Origin: Deltaproteobacteria bacterium
Lineage (GTDB): Bacteria > Desulfobacterota > Syntrophia > Syntrophales > UBA2192
DNA: 64,000 nucleotides
NCBI GenBank assembly: GCA_012728915.1
Contig: JAAYEC010000015.1
Coordinates: 23,082-87,081, forward strand
Direction of reading: 5' to 3'
Below are positions 59,837 to 64,000 of the stretch, piece by piece. Both the position numbers and the translations under genes were made by a program. The notes beneath the pieces are model-generated. The model saw only the letters and a list, made by a program, of their open reading frames with translations, was not told the DNA's origin and ran no database searches. Within the stretch, counting starts at the first letter, position 1; each line of letters opens with the position of its first letter.

Positions 59837-60043
59837 TCAGGTCCCGCCGTAGCCCACGGTCACTTTCCCGCCTTCGACGATGACGGGGACAAGCCTTTTG
59901 CCCCCGGAGAGCTTCAGCATCTCGGCAAGCCGCCCTGTATCCTTTTTCACATCCACGTAATCCGCCCCGGCGCCATAGGCCGACCTGGCCCTGTCCGTGT
60001 AAGGTCAGCCCGCCTTGCCGTAGATGACCGCCTTGTCCGCCAT
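59837..60043 (-). CDS. Glutaredoxin-like protein with in-frame TGA (60005-60007, complement) at the first active-site Cys (U-P-Y-T); candidate selenoprotein, absent from the ORF track
   Basis: An AGGAGG RBS lies 9 nt upstream, and the ATG is 28 nt after the rtcB stop codon. The protein is MADKAVIYGKAG-[TGA]-PYTDRARSAYGAGADYVDVKKDTGRLAEMLKLSGGKRLVPVIVEGGKVTVGYGGT. This matches the glutaredoxin pattern VxIYxKxxCPYCxxA...vP.i.i.G..igG. Confidence 0.6.
59978..59990 (-). promoter_or_regulatory. Candidate SECIS-like hairpin after the glutaredoxin-like UGA
   Basis: On the mRNA strand the sequence is GGCC-AGGUC-GGCC. The loop contains GGUC and lies ~21-25 nt after the UGA. Confidence 0.35.
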
Positions 60044-60071
60044 GACCGCGACCCTCCTGTTGTCTTTCCGC

Positions 60072-61514
60072 CTACCCCTTGATGCATCCGATGGCCTTGA
60101 GTCTCGCAACCTTGCGGGAGATCCCCGCACCGTGGACAACCCTGATGACCTCGTCGATATCCTTATAGGCCTCGGGGATCTCCTCGGCCAGGGTCCCCTT
60201 GGCGGCGGCCATGACGAGGACCCCGCGATCCTCCATTTCGCGGCGAATCGCGCGGCCCTTGCTGGCCTTGATGGCCGCGGCCCGGCTCAATACGCGCCCC
60301 GCGCCGTGGCAGGTGCTCCCGAAGGTCTGCTCCATGGCCCTTTCGGTCCCCACGAGCACGTAGGATCCCGCGCCCATGTCTCCGGGGATCAGCACGGGCT
60401 GGCCCGTCTTGCGGTACTTCTCCGGGAGAGCCGGGTGCCCCGGCGGGAACGCGCGGGTGGCCCCCTTGCGGTGGACGCAGAGGGTCATCTTCTTCCCGTC
60501 CACGACGTGCTCTTCGATCTTGGCGATATTGTGGCTCACATCGTAGATGAGGCGCATGCCGAGATCGCGGGGACTCAGCCCCAAGGCGCGTTCGAGGGCC
60601 TCGCCTGCCCGGTGCATGAGCATCTGGCGGTTGGCCCAGGCGTAGTTTGCCGCGCACGCCATGGCCGAAAGGTACTGCTGCCCCTCCGGCGAGCGGATGT
60701 AGGCGCAGGCAAGCTGCCTGTCCGGAAGGACGATCCCCATCCTGTCGACGTACTTCACCAGTCTTGCCAGGTAGTCGTCGCAGACCTGGTGCCCGAGGCC
60801 GCGGGAGCCGCTGTGGATCATGACGACCACCTGCCCCGTCTCGATGCCCAGGGCGGAGGCCGCGTCGCGGTCGAAGATCTCCTCGACGATCTCCACCTCG
60901 AGGAAGTGATTGCCGGAGCCCAGGGTGCCCACCTGGTCCTTTCCCCGTTCGAGGGCGCGCTCGCTGACCGCGTCCGGGTCGGCGCCGGGCAGGCAGCCCC
61001 CGTCCTCCATAGAATCCAGATCTCCGGCGGAACCATAGCCGTTTTTTACGGCCCAGCGGGCCCCCTCGGCGAGAACCTGCTTTTCTTCGCTGCGCGACAG
61101 CCTCAGGGCCCCTTTCGAGCCCACGCCCGAGGGCACATGCTGGAACAGGGCGGTGACGATCTTCTCCATCTGCGGGCGGATCTCCTCATGGTTGAGGTTG
61201 GTCGCCATCAGGCGACAGCCGCAGTTGATGTCGTACCCCACCCCTCCGGGCGAGATGACGCCGCCGTCGAGTTCGAAAGCGGCCACCCCTCCGATGGGAA
61301 AGCCGTAGCCCCAGTGCATGTCGGGCATGGCGAGCGAGTGCTTCACGATCCCCGGCAAATGGGCCACGTTGGCTACCTGCCTGGGGCTTTCGTCCTGCCC
61401 CATGGCCTTCATCAGTTTCGCGCTTGCGTAGATCATCCCGGGAACGCGCATGGAGCCTTCCCTCGGGACTTCCCAGCGGTACTCGTCGAGGCGGCGCAGC
61501 TTTACGTCAGACAT
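60072..61514 (-). CDS. rtcB: RNA-splicing ligase RtcB
   Basis: LPGIVKHSLAMPDMHWGYGFPIGGV, GYDINCGCR, GSGNHFLE, HSGSRGLGHQ and TCHGAGR are present. Confidence 0.95.
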   Translation of the reverse strand: MSDVKLRRLDEYRWEVPREGSMRVPGMIYASAKLMKAMGQDESPRQVANVAHLPGIVKHSLAMPDMHWGYGFPIGGVAAFELDGGVISPGGVGYDINCGCRLMATNLNHEEIRPQMEKIVTALFQHVPSGVGSKGALRLSRSEEKQVLAEGARWAVKNGYGSAGDLDSMEDGGCLPGADPDAVSERALERGKDQVGTLGSGNHFLEVEIVEEIFDRDAASALGIETGQVVVMIHSGSRGLGHQVCDDYLARLVKYVDRMGIVLPDRQLACAYIRSPEGQQYLSAMACAANYAWANRQMLMHRAGEALERALGLSPRDLGMRLIYDVSHNIAKIEEHVVDGKKMTLCVHRKGATRAFPPGHPALPEKYRKTGQPVLIPGDMGAGSYVLVGTERAMEQTFGSTCHGAGRVLSRAAAIKASKGRAIRREMEDRGVLVMAAAKGTLAEEIPEAYKDIDEVIRVVHGAGISRKVARLKAIGCIKG

Positions 61515-61923
61515 CGAAGATCACCCTTGCCTCCCAGCCGTCGGCCGTCTGACCGACCCGGGCCTGGTGATAGGTAACGGCCTTGATTTCCTTGCAGACC
61601 TCGTGCTTCCGCCCGTCGAGGGGCTCGCCACAAGCCTCGGCCTCGAGCGCGTTGTCCTTTACCTGTATAACGCGAATCTCCTTCAACAGCCAGCGCTCGC
61701 CATTATAGAGGTAAAGAATCTCGCGAAGGAAGTTGACGAGGAGATCCTCCGGACTGTCCCCTTCCGCATGAATTCTCCGAACCTCGAGGGCTTCAACCCG
61801 GCCCAGATCGGTGATGGTGTCGAAGACGGCGAAGGCGGCGTTTGCATAGAGATCCCCTTCCGTCTCTCCGGTTACCAGGAGACCCAGATCCGCCGTATGA
61901 TCAAACGTCTGGTATGGTTTCAT
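61507..61923 (-). CDS. Archease (RtcB activator)
   Basis: The protein begins MKPYQTFDHTADLGLLV and contains IKAVTYHQ. It overlaps the rtcB start by 8 nt (gATGTCTGAc). Confidence 0.9.
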   Translation of the reverse strand: MKPYQTFDHTADLGLLVTGETEGDLYANAAFAVFDTITDLGRVEALEVRRIHAEGDSPEDLLVNFLREILYLYNGERWLLKEIRVIQVKDNALEAEACGEPLDGRKHEVCKEIKAVTYHQARVGQTADGWEARVIFDV

Positions 61924-62179
61924 GATTCGATTCTATTGATCCTGGCGTGGGCCTGTCAACTTCCGGATCTCCCCTTTTCGCCGTTCCTGGAAGAATTGTC
62001 TCCTTTCGTCAATTTTGTCGATCCTGCCCCGTCTCTTCGGTTTTTCGACGGCCACAGGCGATTTTCTTTTTTCCAATCCTCTCAATTCCGACATTTATTG
62101 CCGGACTGCACGTCCCTCGAACGGGGCCGTCTTCGGAAAATGCTTAGCTATATCTATTGGTTACAAGACCATTGCCTTC

Positions 62180-62195
62180 TGGCACGCCTGGTGCA
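62180..62195 (+). promoter_or_regulatory. Sigma-54 (-24/-12) promoter
   Basis: TGGCACGCCTGGTGCA matches the consensus TGGCACG-N4-TTGCA. The GG and GC dinucleotides are separated by exactly 10 nt, and there is a single mismatch (G for T at the first T of TTGC). Confidence 0.7.
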
Positions 62196-62205
62196 ATATA
62201 AAAAG

Positions 62206-62358
62206 GCAACTCGTTTGACAGCACGAGTGAAACAGGAAACCGAAGAAAGCGAAGCCGGAAACCAGAAGACAAACGATCTCCTCCAGGGAGGCGACCCTCA
62301 AGGGTCGTCTCCCTCCCCCCCTGCTGCAAAGGCCCCGGCGGAAACGGGGTCTTTTTTT
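62206..62358 (+). ncRNA. Candidate sigma-54-dependent small RNA (~150 nt) ending at an intrinsic terminator
   Basis: There is no ATG and no plausible ORF between promoter and terminator. The 5' hairpin is CUCGU-UUGACAGC-ACGAG. An A/G-rich single-stranded stretch carries repeated GGAAAC/GAAAC motifs. A 12-bp hairpin GGGAGGCGACCC-UCAA-GGGUCGUCUCCC spans 62286-62313. The terminator is GGCCCCG-GCGGAAA-CGGGGUC followed by U7 (62331-62358). Confidence 0.55.
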
Positions 62359-62512
62359 GCCCGTCGAATGAGCGGGGTTTCCGTAACGAGCACTCTCCTT
62401 TCGGCGTGCTTCGCCCATTGCCGGCCGGGGCCGGCACGGTGCTTGGCTTCCTGTGAACCGCTCAGCGATCCCCGCCGTCGGCCGCCGAGGCCGGGGACCG
62501 GGCCGAAGGCCC

Positions 62513-62704
62513 TCATATGTTCATGACCTTCATGCGGTCCAGGATAGTCCGAATGATGGCCTCCCTGTGTTTCAGGCTTCGGCGGAAATCCTTGTCGTCG
62601 GTGTTGGCAATCTCGACGCGAAGGTCGTAATAATACCGTTCGATGAAGGAAAGCAGCTCCTTCTCTTCCTCAGAGCTCAGTTCCAGCTGTCCCATATCCG
62701 GCAC
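62513..62704 (-). CDS. Hypothetical protein (63 aa)
   Basis: The protein begins MPDMGQLELSSEEEKELLSFIERYYYDLRVEIANTDD. It lies 30 nt after the DUF3303-like gene on the same strand. Confidence 0.5.
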   Translation of the reverse strand: MPDMGQLELSSEEEKELLSFIERYYYDLRVEIANTDDKDFRRSLKHREAIIRTILDRMKVMNI

Positions 62705-62733
62705 CTCCTTTCAAGGCAGATGTCTCCCCGTCC

Positions 62734-63000
62734 TCATGCCCCCTGCTTCCTCACCAGATCCTTGGTCGCCCCGAGAGGCCACACGGGGAAGATCTCGAAC
62801 ATCAGCAGATTGATCCATGCCGCCCGGCAGGCGATGAGCCCTGCCGCATCGCAGTCGACCACGTAGACGGTCCGGCAACCCTGGAGATCGAAGTACTCCG
62901 AGATCACCCGCACCTCCTTCGGCCACTCCCAGTTGGCCCGCTTGGTCCTGACCTCCCGTTCGTCTTGCGGATCCCAAGTGCAAATCATCATGAACAGCAT
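62734..63000 (-). CDS. DUF3303-like small protein (88 aa)
   Basis: The protein begins MLFMMICTWDPQDEREVRTKRANWEWPKEVRVISEYFDLQG. A GGGAGGTGG RBS is present. The 176-aa track ORF is an upstream extension. Confidence 0.6.
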   Translation of the reverse strand: MLFMMICTWDPQDEREVRTKRANWEWPKEVRVISEYFDLQGCRTVYVVDCDAAGLIACRAAWINLLMFEIFPVWPLGATKDLVRKQGA

Positions 63001-63242
63001 ATGACCACCTCCCGTTCTGGACTTTTCCCCGTTACGGGCGCGCGGTGGCGACGGTGGGGATTTTCCTGCGGCCCGACGGCGGGGAACCGTTTGCTGGTGA
63101 GTTGACCTGTTGTGACGCGGACGAAAATGAACGGATGATGCCGGGATTGGAGCGCCGAGCCGTGAATGCGAGCGGGAAACGAAAACTGTGGCAAGAAACG
63201 GTCTATAATTATTTCTAGCGCGGCAACTGCGGCAAGTCAACG

Positions 63243-63278
63243 AAAAACAGCCGGGCGGTCCCATCGCCCGCCCGGCTG
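63243..63278 (-). terminator. Intrinsic terminator after the DUF4124-glutaredoxin gene
   Basis: On the minus strand the sequence is CAGCCGGGCGG-9 nt-CCGCCCGGCTG (11-bp stem), followed by TTTTT. Confidence 0.75.
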
Positions 63279-63310
63279 TACGGAGTCATCGTTTCGGGCC
63301 GGTGCGGCCG

Positions 63311-63784
63311 CTACTCCTTGAAGATCTCGTTGAGGCGGCTCTGATTGAATCCGACGATCACCTCATCGCCTACGACGATCACGGGCACGCCCGTCTGCCC
63401 GGAAATCTTCACCATCTCGTCGAGCCCGCTACGGTCGCTCGTGATATCGATTTCCCTGTAGCGGATCTTCTTGTCCCGAAGCCAGGCCTTTGCCCGGTGG
63501 CACCAGGGGCAGGTCGGCGTCGTGTAGATGGTGACCTCTGCAGGACGGACGCGGAACACCTTGTTCTCTGCAGGCGGCCCTGCCTTCGCCCCCTTGTCGG
63601 CATCCTCCACCGCGATCGCCTGGGCAGCGTCCATCTTTCCTTCCGGCGGGCTCTCCGAGACATGGACCACTCCCCGGTCATCGACCCAGCGGTAGAGGAT
63701 CGCGGCACCGCTCAGACCGGCGATGAGGGTCACAGCGAATGCGGCCGCGACGGCTAACCACAGGAGGCAGGGCGCTCGTCTCAT
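63311..63784 (-). CDS. Membrane-anchored DUF4124-like + glutaredoxin protein (Cys form, CPWC)
   Basis: ILYRWVDDRGVVHVSESPP is DUF4124-like. It is followed by VTIYTTPTCPWCHRAKAWL...GVPVIVVGDEVIVGF. Confidence 0.8.
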   Translation of the reverse strand: MRRAPCLLWLAVAAAFAVTLIAGLSGAAILYRWVDDRGVVHVSESPPEGKMDAAQAIAVEDADKGAKAGPPAENKVFRVRPAEVTIYTTPTCPWCHRAKAWLRDKKIRYREIDITSDRSGLDEMVKISGQTGVPVIVVGDEVIVGFNQSRLNEIFKE

Positions 63785-63839
63785 TCGGAAGACTCCTTAT
63801 TCCATCTCTTTGATCATTGGACCGTGCCTCCCCGATACC

Positions 63840-63964
63840 AGACTGTGTCATAATCAGTTCTCGTCATTGCGAGCGACCGAAGGGAGCGCGGCACAATCTT
63901 TTCGATACCATCCTGGATTGCTTCAGTCGCTTCGCTCCTTCGCAATGACATGGTGACACAGTCT
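63840..63964. repeat. Imperfect ~125-bp palindromic element (MITE/REP-like)
   Basis: The outer arms are AGACTGTGTCA (63840-63850) and TGACACAGTCT (63954-63964). The inner arms are GTCATTGCGA (63864-63873) and TCGCAATGAC (63940-63949). The core resembles the widespread GTCATTGCGAGCG...CGCTCGCAATGAC repeat class. Confidence 0.65.
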
Positions 63965-64000
63965 CTACGGCGGGAGGGTTTTCCTGTCCAATCGGTCCGG

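Overview
High-GC (about 63-65% by eye) bacterial chromosomal fragment, densely coding on both strands, with about 65 protein genes. I saw no rRNA, tRNA, CRISPR array, transposase or integrase. Gene content suggests an anaerobic Desulfobacterota/Deltaproteobacteria-like organism (inference only). It includes ilvB-ilvN-ilvC-ilvD, msrAB, hisF, an HtrA protease, a STAS-MlaE/MlaF/MlaD/lipoprotein transporter, GAPDH, class II ribonucleotide reductase, panE, 2-oxoacid:ferredoxin oxidoreductase, DUF362 and polyferredoxin Fe-S proteins, an LdtD/MepK cell-wall pair, mutY, ybaK, a sigma-54 two-component pair and archease-rtcB. The main result is four genes that read as intact, recognisable redox proteins only if in-frame TGA codons (five in total) are decoded. 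Every one of these TGAs sits where homologues carry a redox-active cysteine, and each has a hairpin shortly downstream, so they are candidate selenocysteine codons. The four genes are: (1) a signal-peptide rhodanese fused to an HAO-like octaheme cytochrome c with a U-A-U site, which to my knowledge is undescribed; (2) a periplasmic HMA-fold protein with C-S-U; (3) a glutaredoxin-like ORF (UPYT) just downstream of rtcB that is absent from the ORF track; (4) a peroxiredoxin (TPVUT). Other notable items are a near-consensus sigma-54 promoter driving a terminator-bounded candidate sRNA of about 150 nt, a pair of octamer-repeat inverted-repeat elements flanking ilvD, a homopolymer frameshift in a Tat-exported DUF362 gene, several gene remnants, and a palindromic element at the right edge. 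All family assignments come from motif recognition by eye; no database search was run.
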